Below, piece by piece: positions 1 through 12,399 of a stretch of 64,000 nucleotides of DNA. The stretch lies in assembly GCF_009914755.1 (NCBI RefSeq), contig NC_060935.1, one strand, 5' to 3'. This DNA comes from the human T2T-CHM13v2.0 reference genome, Homo sapiens. Below the pieces are notes generated by a model. It had not been told where the DNA came from. It ran no database searches and worked only from the letters and a program-made list of their open reading frames with translations. Position numbers and translations under genes: made by a program. Every line of letters begins with the position of its first letter. Position 1 is the stretch's first letter.

Positions 1-316
1 CTGGGTGCCAGACAAGAGCTCAGGAGGCATGGCTGTGGATGCTTGAGTTGTTTAACACTTAAGCCATCTGCAGATGGCAAAACTAAAAGAGCACTGTAAC
101 CCTCTGGGGCTCCAGCGGTCATGGGTACACCACCAGATGCTGCTGTGGGGCTGCACAGAGTTCTGTTCCTGTCAGCACCCGGAAGCTCTGATCCTAGCTG
201 CTGCACACACTCACCTGCAGGCTCACACTCCGCAGGGGTTAAGAGCTGTGGGCTAAGTAAGCAAAACACACCTGTCACAAGTACTGCGAAGGGATCAGGG
301 AAAATTTCCTGTTTCA
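1..316 (+). mobile_element. 3' part of an ERV1-class LTR (MER52/LTR27/LTR28-like), inserted into an MLT1
   Basis: Contains ...ttaacacttaagccatctg...aaaagagcactgtaac... and ends ...gggatcagggaaaatttcctgtttca with a terminal CA; MLT1 sequence resumes immediately after. Confidence 0.7.
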
Positions 317-435
317 GCCCTGGTGGCACCTTAATTTTAGACTTCTAGCCTCCAGAACTATGGAAGAATACATTTCTGTTGTTTTAAGCCACCAAGTCTA
401 TGGTACTTTGTTACAGCAGCCCTAGGAAATTAACA
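317..435 (+). mobile_element. MLT1 (ERVL-MaLR) LTR 3' end
   Basis: gacttctagcctccagaact...ttctgttgttttaagccacc...tggtactttgttacagcagccctaggaaa, the typical MLT1B/C 3' end. Confidence 0.85.
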
Positions 436-1287
436 AAATCACTTATTCCCCTTAGTAATTCTGATGTGAATCACCATATCCCAGGTCCTATTCTACCGCC
501 TTCAAAAAAAAAATCACCCCAGAAAGATGTATGCATTGTCTGAATTGAGGTTTGAACACTGATCCTCCTGTCTCTCATTCCTGGGCTTTGTTTCTGCTGC
601 ACCAGGCTGCCTCTCATCCATTAGCCTATTTTTAGTTTTCCATAGTCTTCTTGTGTGAACTGTGACAGGGTTAGAAAATTATTCTTTATCGTAACTTTTT
701 TAACACTTAATGTTGTACTATGAATCTACCTTGTTTGCTGATGACTTTACTGAAATAGAAATGGCCAAAAATTATGCTCTTTGAAAGCATACAAACATAA
801 TTTTATAGCGTCAGAGACTGTGACTGCTATAAAATTGTTTGATATTAACCACACAATTAAATCTTTTCTTTTAGAAAATTTCTAGGAAATGAGGCAACCA
901 CAGAGGTTAATTGGTATCATGTTCGTAGGTGCTTTTCCCCTTCAAATCTATGTAAGTTGGGCTGCAGAGTTTTGGATAAGAAGGCAGTTAAGACACATTG
1001 GTGTAGGGATGTGGGTTGAAGGTATAATTAGTGATAATCATCATTTCCACCTCCACATTTACCTGTCAGAGATCAGGGAAGAGTTACAGACAGCAATGAA
1101 TTCAGGTCCCCTGAGCCCAACACACCTTATGAATCCAGATTCATTGAAAGGTCAGAAAGATGGGCTCTTATTTATTCTCATTGCTCCATAGAACACCATG
1201 AAAACGTTACACAACATTCTCTTTCCTCCCCTAGAGGAGTAAAGAAGAAAAAATTAAAATCAGGGATCTTTGTATGCAATCCCAAAC

Positions 1288-1550
1288 CATTCATTCATCC
1301 AAAAATCATTTCTATAATTCAGGAACTGTGATGAGGATAAAAGATGAGAACATAAAGTCCTTTTTCTCATGTTTTGACATTCAAGTGGGGGAAATAGCCA
1401 CATGCACAGCTGAAATAACAGAATTGTATGTACTGGAATAGAAATATAAGACAAAAATACAGTGGAAGATAGGTTACAGGGAGGCACCAAAGAAAGCTCC
1501 AAGAAGGGGTAACTTTTAGGTAGAAACCTGAAAACAAGAACCTGAAGGGC
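1288..1550 (-). mobile_element. LINE2 3' fragment
   Basis: cattcattcatcc tail followed by degenerate L2-like purine-rich sequence. Confidence 0.5.
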
Positions 1551-1592
1551 CAAGAAGTTCAAGGTTGGGAGGAAATCGAGGCACTTTAAAGC

Positions 1593-1784
1593 AAGGCAGT
1601 CTGATAGAATTTTGCAATGATGAAAATGTTCCACATCTGAACTATCCAATACATGAGGCTACTGAGCACTTGAAATGCGGCTAGTGTGACCAAGGAACTA
1701 CATGTTTAATTTTACTAATTAGTTTAAAATTAAACATTTAAATCACATTTAACTAGCCAGTGACTACCTTACTAAACAGCATAG
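1593..1784 (+). mobile_element. MER3 (hAT-Charlie MITE)
   Basis: gatgaaaatgttc...gagcacttgaaatgcggctagtgtgacc...ctagccagtgactacc matches MER3. Confidence 0.85.
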
Positions 1785-1832
1785 CTTTACACAAAAGAAA
1801 CAATATGGACAAAAACCACAGGATTGTGAAAG

Positions 1833-2523
1833 TGTTCCTGAAACACCAGGGGTTTGGTCTAGGTCTTGCTGCTTGCTGCACAGAAAGCCAATCACGGAGA
1901 CAACAATCATTGCCAAGAAGAAATGTTCTCACTCATAGGTGGGAATTGAACAATGAGAACACATGGACACAGAAAGGGGAACATCACACACTGGGGACTG
2001 TTGTAGGGTGGAGGGAGCAGGGAGGGATAGCATTAGGAGATATACCTAATGCTAAATGACGAGTTGATGGGTGCAGCACACCAACATGGCACATGCATAC
2101 ACATGTAACAAACCTGCATGTTGTGCACATGTATCCTAAAACTTAAAGCATAATAATAAAAAAAAAGAAGGCTTTAATTGGGTGCTGCAGTGAGGAGATG
2201 GGAGATCAGTCTCAAATCCATCTCTCTGACCAAATAAAATTATGGGTTTATATAGCAGGGAAGAAATGTAACTACACATGGGAAAACAGGAACTAGGGAG
2301 GGGAAAGGAAGCAATCATGATGAATGAGAGGCCTGGAGTCCCATTTTCTGGATGTGGTTACCAGTGGGTTTCAGTTCTTTGATCCTTTTTGAGAGGCCTG
2401 GGGGTCCTTTCCTGAGGAAGGAACTCAAATAAAACAAATAGAAGTTTCAAGCTTTAAGACCAGAAGGGTCATTTTCTATGTTTATCCAAAAAAACTGTCA
2501 ATGGGGCTATTGGGTCAGTTTGA
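1833..2523 (-). mobile_element. Solo ERV LTR (LTR47-like, name tentative), split by an L1PA insertion
   Basis: tgttcctgaaacaccaggggtttggtctaggtc...cagaaagccaatca / gaaggctttaattgggtgctgcag...agctttaagaccagaagggtca; the sequence is continuous across the L1. Confidence 0.7.
1923..2166 (+). mobile_element. 5'-truncated L1PA3-5 3' end
   Basis: atgttctcactcataggtgggaattgaacaatgagaac...atacctaatgctaaatgacgag...A-tail; short AAGAAG target duplication. Confidence 0.95.
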
Positions 2524-2907
2524 ATAGCAGGGCTCATTGTCACAGAGAAGCAGGTGTTTATGGGGATGAGTACTAGACATTGACAGGAAAGGGGAAAGTG
2601 GAACGGGGTAGGGCCAAGAATGTTGGTTGGAGCCAGATTATAAAAGGCCTTAAATACTAGTAACATACCAAAGAGGCTGGACTTTATCCTTCAGGTGATT
2701 GATGCCCTGAAAACACTTTTGAACATTTAAGGTAATTACACTGGCTTTGGTTGGCATTTATAGTTATTTAGTATTTGGAGTCATACTGAATATATATATA
2801 TATGGTGAGGGGGCTAGCACCATTTGTGTTGTGTTTTTTCCACCCTAATGACAACTCTAGAATTTCAAAAAGCAGAATACAAAGTTTATAGGTAAGATTT
2901 GTTTCTT

Positions 2908-3265
<358 letters not shown>

Positions 3266-3599
3266 TGACAAAAGCCTCATTCAAGTGTTTTTCTATGTTA
3301 TAAACCCATCAAGAGCATGGTATACATAGATTTGTTAATACAAGGAATTGAGCTACAGTTGGTTTTCTCTCTAATCTTTACATAGCACCTGGCCCAAGCA
3401 CACCTCACATATTAATAATGAATATGGTTTTTTTGTGAATTGTGAGAAGAAAGCTTTGGACTGATAACTATTCTCCTTCCAAAATCAGTCTCTCACTTGC
3501 CTTCACTTGGACATACCTTCTAGCTCTGTTTTTAAAAGAACCAGTCATGAGTATGGAATGAAGTAACAAGGTTTAGAATAAATATGTCATATCAAAGAT

Positions 3600-3843
3600 T
3601 CATAGCACTGCACAAGCTGACTCAGGAGCCAGACTGAACCAGCCTGATACATATCCCAGTCTGCCATTTCCAAGCAGTGTGCACATTGGCCAGTTATGTA
3701 GCCATTTTCTGTCCCAGCTTTCTGAGATGGAGATAATTGTGCTTAAAAGATTGCTCCAAGAATTGTGCGAGTTAACATATGAAGAGTTAGCTTGGTTTCT
3801 GATTCCTGCTAAATGCTCAATACCTGTTAACCATTGTGATTAT
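3600..3843 (+). mobile_element. MIR SINE
   Basis: ggagccagactg...cccagtctgccattt...aaatgctcaata. Confidence 0.65.
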
Positions 3844-3904
3844 AATTCCAAGCTGTCTTGAATATCCTGTCTGATCATGGCTTCCAAGGCTCTAAGAGAT
3901 GTAT

Positions 3905-4075
3905 TTATTAATTGTAATACTTGCTAATACTTAGATTCAACTATATGCAGGTGCTTTACCTACACTATCTTATTTTCACATCAACTTTGTAAGGCAGATA
4001 CTGTAACTTACACTTTATAGATAACTTTTTCTTAATCACTAAGGTAGTAAATGGCAGAATGATGTTTAAAATCCT
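3905..4075 (-). mobile_element. MIR fragment
   Basis: gtgctttacc...tcacatcaactttgtaaggcag...agtaaatggcaga. Confidence 0.55.
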
Positions 4076-6161
4076 GCTGAGAAGTCATCAGTGCCTAGGT
4101 GCTAAATGGAGCCACCAGCACAGCAAAGACTGACCAAGGACAATGTGTAGGATAAGAGAAGGGGCAAGTACTCCAGAGTGAATAATAAATTTCAAGGAGT
4201 GAACATGAAGAGACTACACCAGCAACAAAAAGAGATTGGTCTTTTACTGGAAAATGGCAGACAATTTCACACCCCCTCTATGTTTGCTACGTAACCATCC
4301 CAACTGTAGTCTCCAGAAGGCATTCTGTACATAGCTAAACTGCACACAGTCTTCATTGCAGCAAAAGTAAATTTTATTCAAAACTTGGCCACATATTTTA
4401 GAAGGTAACAAGCTACACTTTTTGTGTCAGAGAACCAGTTGAGATTTACAGCTCTTCTCTGCCTGGTTTTCTACCGTAGAAGTGGCATCCGACTCCACTT
4501 AATCCTGGCGTGTTGTTTGCCAGGCTTCGAACTCTAGGTATGTATTTCCATTCCAAGATTGTTGCATTGGCATCAGAAATTCATTTATTCTAGCTGAGCA
4601 CTCCTTCCCTTAGGCTGCCTAATAGTTCTACCGCACCAGGAGAGACTTGTGTTCTGTAACTGCTCTATTTCTGAGCAGTTGTTCCACAAAGAACAATGCA
4701 GCCATTGTTTCCACTGCTTTTCCTAGTCAATACATATGTCTTCCTTATAATTAGATAGGTTATTGCTATTATTTCTTATGCTCTGTAAAGATATTCATTG
4801 CCATATATAACCAGTCTTTGAAAAGAGCGTTATAAGCAGTTCCCTGCTGCTATTGCCTCGCTAGAGAACTGCAATGCACCAAGTGAATATGAATAAGTTT
4901 CAGCTCTGATGGATTTCCTTTGTGTAAGCAGGGATGCATACCAAGTGACAGCTCAAGGATTGCTGGGAATGTTTCAGAATTCCAGTTGGGGCCTATGTGA
5001 GTATGGTCATAGCAGTGATGATTGATATTTTGACCTGCCAAGCAGCTTGGCAGTGTCTCATGAAACATGCTCCAGAGACTGTCTAACAATGTTAAACCTC
5101 GTGACTTTGTATTCTGTAGGAACATGACCTGAAATGGCCTCATAAATCAGAGATGCTTTTTCCAATAGCTCTGAGACAGAAAAGAAGAAAAAGATGTTTT
5201 GAGTATATTTGTGTAAGGCTATCCTAGAAGTGTCTTAGAATGGTATCAGTGTCTTTTTGAAACGTATACACTCATATACACAGACTACCAACAGTCTTAA
5301 AAATAAACACTGGGTCATTTTATTTTTTATTTTTTTTCCTAATTACTATAGTCTTTCCATTTTAGTGTGATCTGTCTCTTCTGTTTCATTGTGATTAAAC
5401 ATACATACACAAATGTTCTCATTCTTGAGTTACCCCCACAGTCTTAACACTGTGGCCTGCACATAGTGGGTACTTAATCCAGTGAGGCAATACCCTTGAC
5501 AAAGATTCAGAAAGGCACATGCTGTCGTCACACTGTAGTGAGACTGGGCCACAGATGGATGATTCAGCCATGGTTAGCCTGTGTGTGAAACAGCAGGTGG
5601 CCATAATTTAAATGGGTTTGACAGACTGACACATTGAAAATGTTTTAGGACAAAGTGGAGTTTATGACAAGATTGACATCTGATTGTAGTTTCATTTTAT
5701 TGGTCCGTCAACTGCAACACCACTAATGCAGATGTATTTAACTCAGGAAAACTTTGAGGAGCCTTTCTCTTCTTATTGATGTCAACTTAAACATATTAAA
5801 GTGAGAAAGTTTGAAAAATTGGACATGACTGTGTCTTCTACTCTAGACACCACCTACCTGTTCTTCTCTGATTATTTTACCATAGCCATGGATCCCTTGG
5901 GGACCATTTTTGAACTTTCAAATCGTAGTCTATCTGCTACCCTTTTCTGAATATCGAACATCTTTAAAAAGTTTAAAGTTTTCCTACATTTTGTTTTTAC
6001 TTGTATCAATGTACATGGCCTTTTTTTAGAAAAATTGTATAGCAGTTATATTAATAGGCACGTATATAAACATATATACATATATTTAAAATATATAATA
6101 CACACATATACACTTACAGAGAAACACATTTAACTCAAAGACATTAGAATTTACTGTTCAC

Positions 6162-6392
6162 CAGTGAGAAGGCATGGACACAGGGAGGGGAACATCACAC
6201 ACTGGGGGCTGTTGGGGGCTGGGGGGCAACAGGAGGGAGAGCATTAGGACAAATACCTAATGCATATAGGGCTTAAAACCTAGAGGACGGGTTGACAGGT
6301 GCAGCAAACCACCATGGCACATGTATACCTATGTAACAAACCTGCACATTCTGCACATGTATCCCAGAACTTAAAATAAAATTTAAAAGAAA
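6162..6392 (+). mobile_element. 5'-truncated L1PA8-11 3' end
   Basis: ggacaaatacctaatgcat...gcttaaaacctaga; perfect 16-bp TSD AGAATTTACTGTTCAC at 6146-6161 and 6393-6408. Confidence 0.95.
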
Positions 6393-6513
6393 AGAATTTA
6401 CTGTTCACTTTTTGCCACTGTAATTTTAGAATGGTAACATCATCTTGAGTTAGCTGATTGGAGAGTGTTTATGCTATGCCTAACATGATATAAAAATAAT
6501 CATTCCAGAGAGA

Positions 6514-6531
6514 AATATATATATATAGGCA

Positions 6532-6572
<41 letters not shown>
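6514..6572. repeat. Interrupted (TA)n microsatellite
   Basis: Short (AT)n, ggcag, then ~20 TA units. Confidence 0.95.
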
Positions 6573-6575
<3 letters not shown>

Positions 6576-6914
6576 CAACTAGTTATTATATACAACAAAA
6601 AAGTTTGATTACCTCTGACATTTTGTGTGTACAATATCATAAATGGATTTAAAATAAATATGAGCTAATTTCTTTGACCTATATTGTGGTTAAGAGCTCA
6701 AATAAACCTGTCCAAGGACAGATGGACCTTCACAAAGGGGCCAGTGATAAGCCATGTAATAGTGGTCCTGCTTGTGATGAATACATCCCCCTGAGAAAGA
6801 CTGTGAAGAGAGATGAAGAATGGATTTTCTTAAGATGGTCAGGGGAGATATGTTTCCCCACTTGAAAGGGAAATACCAGGGTGAACAATATTTTTAATGC
6901 TAAATTTTACTTAT

Positions 6915-7500
6915 TGTTTATTTATCAATAATTATTTCTTGAGCTCCTACTATATGCTAGGCATTGTAGAATGCTGAGATGAACAAGACATTGCTTCTGC
7001 TTACAAGAGCTACACTAGCAAACTATAGCTGTGCACTAAATGTAAACATACAGTAGGGTTCTACACCATCAGGAACTTGAACTATGACTGAGCAATATGA
7101 CAAGACCTTGAAAGAATCAGTGTCACAGGACACTGGTGTGAACGAGAGGTTTTATAGAAGGTCAGAGAGCATCCAGATTGATGAGGAATGGAATGGCTGA
7201 GGAAGATGTCACTGGAGGTGGGGCTTGAGCTGGACTTTGAAGATGGGTATCATTTGGACCAAGAAGAGAGGGAAGGTCATTTGAGGCAAGGAGAGGGCAA
7301 GAATAAGGACATTGAATCAAAAATGAACATTGTATGTTTGGAGGACAGAAAAAAGATTAATGTGGATGAAATATAGGAATGCAGTATGAGATGAGGTTGG
7401 GTGAGAAAAATGGCACCAAAAAAGGGAGGCCTTCATGATATGCTCAGAAATTTAGACTTGATTCATAGGCAATGGAAAGTTGCTCATTTTTCATCTGAGT
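6915..7500 (-). mobile_element. LINE2 fragments
   Basis: ttgagctcctactatatgctaggcattg...gaacaagaca; ggaggtggggcttgagctggactttgaagatgg; ataggcaatggaaag. Confidence 0.7.
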
Positions 7501-8204
7501 TGAGACTTTACAAACTCTGTATTTTTCCCTGCTTTGTGATGACTGCATTGCTTAAGTAATGATTTCAGATTAAAGAAAGCATTAAAAATTAAATTAACCA
7601 TATTTACTCTGTTATGAAAGATGTGAGGAGGAAAATGTCTGAAGACAATGGCTACGGTGATGTAGATTTTAATGAACTTCTTTTTCCCTTGTGTTCATTA
7701 ATCCTTGTTTTTATAAATAGGTGAGTACAATGTAACTAGAGAGTAATTATGAGCTTCTGCAGAAATATTGTAGAGAACCATTTGATTAAATTCCACCCAC
7801 CACAACTCCCCACTCTTCTAATGACTTCTGGGCTCTTCTATATTGGTGTGTTTCTCAGCTCAAAAAGAAAACAGATGAAATACTAGAGTTTGAACAAAGA
7901 AGATTTGAACTCCCTGAAATTAGACCCCTAGGTCACTTTATTCCTTCTCCTTCCAAGTCCAAGGAAATGGGTTTAAACAGCATTTTGTCAGCAAGATTGT
8001 CCTTGTTTTCGAGTAAGGAATCTTTGAGGTACAATTTCCTGGTGGTTAGAAAAATTTATACTTTTTTACTAATTCATTGTAGTTTTTTTTATTTAATTCT
8101 GATATTTTCCCAAGCTATTGGGCTTAAACAGTAAATTTTCCTTAAACCCAACCTGGTAGAGTTATGCTATATTGCTTTATTTAGTGGTTGATAGTAATGC
8201 TATG

Positions 8205-9470
8205 AATATCAATAATAGCTACTTTTATTAAAAGTTTACTGAGTTATAGCTGCATCAAGCACTTTATCTTCACTGTCTCATTTAATCCTTGCAATCATCC
8301 TATAAGTTATTAATTTCACATATAGAAAAACTACAGCTTAGAAAAGTTAATAGGCAGTTCTTGCTTTGCAAGGTAGTAGAGGCTATAAAAATAGCCATGC
8401 AAGCTGAAACCATGCAAAGTAATCATAATAATTGATAGAAAACATTACTAGTGTTCTGTGACCTTTACATTTTATCTCAAAAATATTAAAAACTTTGTAA
8501 CTGCTTTCAATGTATAGAGAAATAAAAAATAGTAAAACTTTTTTTAGTATACTGCCATTTAAGAGAATTAAATTTTCTCTCTTTCTTTGAAAAACTATCA
8601 AGAGTAGTTTGAGCAGTGCTTCCCTTCTTTCTATGTCACCTATGATATAGAGTGAACATGCTTTCTTTTTGGTGCTTTGCAAATTGTTGTACTCTTTTCT
8701 GTGTTGGGATGAAGTTTAAGCATTTCATCCTTTACTCTTCTAATGTTGTGAAGTAGTTCCAAGAGTTCCTTAGGGTGATGTTCCACTTCCTCTGGAACAC
8801 CACGCTTTTTATCACTCCCATTTTCCTCATTCATGTTCATAAGTTCACCTTCACAAAGCCTCTCAGAATGTGGAACTGGAGGCTTTCTCAAATAGTGACA
8901 GTATCAATATTCCCAGAGTCAGCTACTCCTTCTATAACTTCATTTATGCACATTCACTTCCAGCAGCATTACTTTTTTTCTGCACTTTCATCTTTGTTAG
9001 CCAATTCCCTCTTTTGATTATCCATTTTTGTAAAATGCATGCATGTGAGTTTATCACTAGGAGATCAGTAGGCAACACAACTACATGCTTTGCTGTCTCT
9101 GCCTGAACTGAATAACTCACACATACACACACATAATGGTCAATCACCAACAGACTTGAAAAGAAGTGATGTGACTGGTAGCTGATCACGATGCCCATCT
9201 GTTATTTACCTAGTAATCTCTGGACTGCAGAGCTAGCAGCATAGTTTGTACTTTATGCAATTACTCACAGTTAATATATATGGTAACTGAAATTTAAACC
9301 ATGCAGTTGGGAGACAGTATTATTTTACTAAACTATGGTAACTGAAATTCGTTCTTATTGGAACACTGCAAAATGAGGACTGCCTGCAGTTGCTTATGTT
9401 ACAGTTGGTACTGCCAAGGCCAAGATTTGAATTCAAGTCTGCTTAGCTCCTAAGCCCATGCTTTGACTAA
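8205..9470 (-). mobile_element. MIR split by a Tigger insertion (8205-8350 and 9387-9470)
   Basis: gtctcatttaatccttgcaat...gcttagaaaagttaa, resuming at ...ccaagatttgaattcaagtctg...gcccatgcttt. Confidence 0.7.
8351..9386 (-). mobile_element. Non-autonomous TcMar-Tigger DNA transposon (Tigger6a-like)
   Basis: TIRs (t)aggcagttcttgctttgca and tgcaaaatgaggactgcctg; minus-strand transposase remnants MDNQKRELANKDESA from 9025 and the acidic C-terminal piece in ORF 8640..8891. Confidence 0.85.
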
Positions 9471-9549
9471 TGCCTTGCAATTACTTTAGAAATGCATGCC
9501 TCCCCAAAGGTAGGCAGTTTTTTCTTTTTTTTTTTTTTCCTGGAGGAGA

Positions 9550-9750
9550 TATTGATGGAAAAGAGGTAGGTAGGGAGGAGGCTGGGGCGCAGGAGAGAGA
9601 AAACCAGAAAGGAGAGAAAAACGGAGAGAGGAAAGAAAGAAAAAGAGAAAACAAGCCAAAAAGCATGTAAGAACAAGAAAACAAACAGAGCTGGCAACAG
9701 CAAATCAGAGTGACAAAAAGAGAAGGAGAAGGACATAGGAAGATGAAGAT
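9550..9750 (+). repeat. GA-rich low-complexity tract
   Basis: Almost pure purine run of gaaa/gaga units. Confidence 0.7.
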
Positions 9751-10103
9751 AATAGAGTTCGGATTCCCAGAACAGTGACTCATTGGTTGTATGAAATAAC
9801 AGAATGCTGCTATTTAGAAACTGTTCCCCACCCTCTTTCCTTGTCTAAATTCTGAACTCCTTAACTACTAAAATGGTGCCCTATTCATTTTTCATCTCAT
9901 GCATGGAACACTACCTGACTCCATAGTACATATTATTGGATGAGCTTCAAAATTATAATATTGCCAACAGGGCATTTAAAATGATCTACTGTTGTCTGAT
10001 AATTGATGTAAGAATAAAAGTACATAATGTAAAATATTCACTTCAATCATTTACCAAAATAAATTCCTCATTATTAAAGAGGCAAATATAAAATTCTAAT
10101 CAA

Positions 10104-10372
10104 AAGTTGTTCTTTGGAAGAATATACCAGATTGACAGGCTGATAGCTAGATTAACAAAGAAAAAAAGAAAATCCAAATAAGAACAATCAGAAATGACAA
10201 AAGTAACATAACTGATCCCACAGAAATACAAAAGATCTTCAGAAACTAGTATGAATACCTCTATACAGAAAAACTAGAAAATCGAGAGGAAATGGATAAA
10301 TTTCTGGAAATACACAAGTAACACATCTGCATGGGTACCCCGAATCTAAAACAAAAGTTGAAATTATTGAAA
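10104..10372 (+). mobile_element. L1PA15/16-PB-like element: ORF2 piece fused to the extreme 3' end
   Basis: ORF2 sequence ...ctagattaacaaag...aaactagaaaatcgagaggaaatggataaa... joined to gtaacacatctgc...gaatctaaaacaaaagttgaaatt; TSD AAAATTC(T/A)AATCAA. Confidence 0.8.
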
Positions 10373-10429
10373 AAAATTCAAATCAAGCCAACAGATTTTT
10401 AAAAGTTATATCCATTTTCAGAGGAATGA

Positions 10430-11210
10430 CAAAATCATAAAGAAATAATCAACAGATTCAATTACAAAAATATTTAAAGCCCCAAGACAACGATGAGTAA
10501 CATAACTAAAATACAAAAGACCAAGAAAATACTTGCAGCAAAAATAAAGGCTCATAGAAATTGACAAAAAAAGTATGTAGACCCAAAGGGTAAACAAAGA
10601 ATATGACAAGCCAATTCACACAAAGGGAAATACACTTACTTAAACATTGGGAAAATGGTCTCCAAAACTACCAAAATTACAAAAAAGCAGGATATTGCAA
10701 CATTAACAAATATTCTAAGCAAAAATTCCTAATCCTGTTCAAAATATTTTTAAACTATTATCTAATACACTGACGGGGATAATTTAAATTTGTTCAACCC
10801 TCTTTGAAAAGTAATTTGGCAATGTATTTTATGAGATTTTTAAAAATTCATACAATTTAACCGAGGAAAATTACTCATAGGAATATCCTAAGAATAAAAT
10901 ATGAAAAACACATGGGCATGGATATTTCCATTTCAGTATTATTTACAAAATGAACTGACAATTACAGAACTGTATGAAATATTATGAAGCCATTATAAAA
11001 AGAAAAACAAGGAAATGTTTATGGTAAAATGATGAAAGAATAAAACAGAATAGAAAATTTTGTAGATGGCATTCTAAATATGTGTTCTAAACACGTATGA
11101 CAATCCTAAGAATGTAAGCATAAAAATAAAAACCAGAAGACGGTATGACAAAATTAGAGTCGTTGATTGCAGGTCATCGAAATTTAGATTTTTTAAAAAA
11201 CAAATTTTAA
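10430..11210 (+). mobile_element. Ancient L1ME-type 3' fragment
   Basis: A-rich degenerate L1 with ttcaaccctctttgaaaagtaatttggcaatgt...ctcataggaatatcctaag. Confidence 0.6.
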
Positions 11211-11390
11211 TTTTTATAATTTTTTGTACCATGCATTTTTTAAATTGTATATTTTCACATCCTACTTCCTTGTGAGATCAGTCTTGCCGGAAGCTGACAA
11301 TAACTTCTTCTTGAGGAACAGGAACCAAGGAAATCATCAAGCAAAAAAATGTACCTTCAGGTAAATATGTAGCCATTGAGTACACCCCAT

Positions 11391-11447
11391 AATAATAATC
11401 TTTTCCTATACCTTATCAAAATAATAATCTTTCCCAATACTTTTTCC
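11391..11447. repeat. Two-copy 29-bp tandem duplication
   Basis: aataataatcttttcctatacctt / aataataatctttcccaatacttt. Confidence 0.7.
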
Positions 11448-12399
11448 TACTTCAAAAGACTAGAACCTAAGTTAGACCACAGACAAAAATGAAGCCCCTG
11501 TTTTTTAAATTTCCTAAGAGGACTCAATATTACAATACCCAAAATGGATTTTATTTTTTGTGATTATATTTAAGCCATTTGAAGCCTCAGCTTCACGCCT
11601 TTCATCAGTGTGTTAGTCGTTTCAAACAGATATTTTCATTTTGCCACAAATTAAACCCTACTACTAATAACCGATCAAACTATTTCCTCTGGATAATCAT
11701 GTAAGTACCAAATAAAAACGGTGATATAGTTTGATGATGTGATACCCAAATCACCTACTTGCTGGCTTAGTAATTAATGGAAATGAAATGCACAGAGCTA
11801 CCACATAAACATATTGAGACCCGTTATGTTCGCAATCATTTTATTATCCTCAGTGCCTTAGAGTTTCGTGTTATTAATACCAATATATTTCCATCAGTTG
11901 AATCAATAAGGACGTGTTATAATGAATGTTTCATGCTCAGTCTTGAGGATAATAGAAAAACTGACAGACTAAAAAATGGCTGGTGTTCCCTTGTGTTCTA
12001 ATCTGAGTCATTATGGTGGCTGCGGGGTTGTTATCCCGGCAGCTCTTTCCTCTCTTCACAGCATGCTGGTGTGTGCTGCCCCCAACCACTTTGCAGGCTC
12101 CCATGATGAGCTGCAGGATGGCAGACAAAGCCATGTTTTCTGGGGGTCAAAAGGCTGAGCCCCATCAGGATGTTCCTTTAAACAGGCTCTTCAGCTACAG
12201 CAGAAGGAGGATGTGGAGGCAGCTCTTCTTGCCCTATGGGAAGGGAAAGACAACCTCTCCTTCCACCAGCAGAGAGATGGAGCTCTCATCTCTTCTTCCT
12301 AGGGAAAGAGCTTGGAGGTAAGCACAGCCAAGCGTCAGAAAGCTGCCTTGTGGGCTGCCCAGCTGGACAAATAGAAAGTTACTGTACAATGTATTGTCA

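Noticed and set aside
4648-4690. Hairpin with an 8-bp stem AACTGCTC/GAGCAGTT
   Set aside because: Too short and imperfect for a pre-miRNA; expected by chance
11990-12360. GC-richer segment with overlapping ORFs
   Set aside because: No recognisable protein or repeat family; not a CpG island
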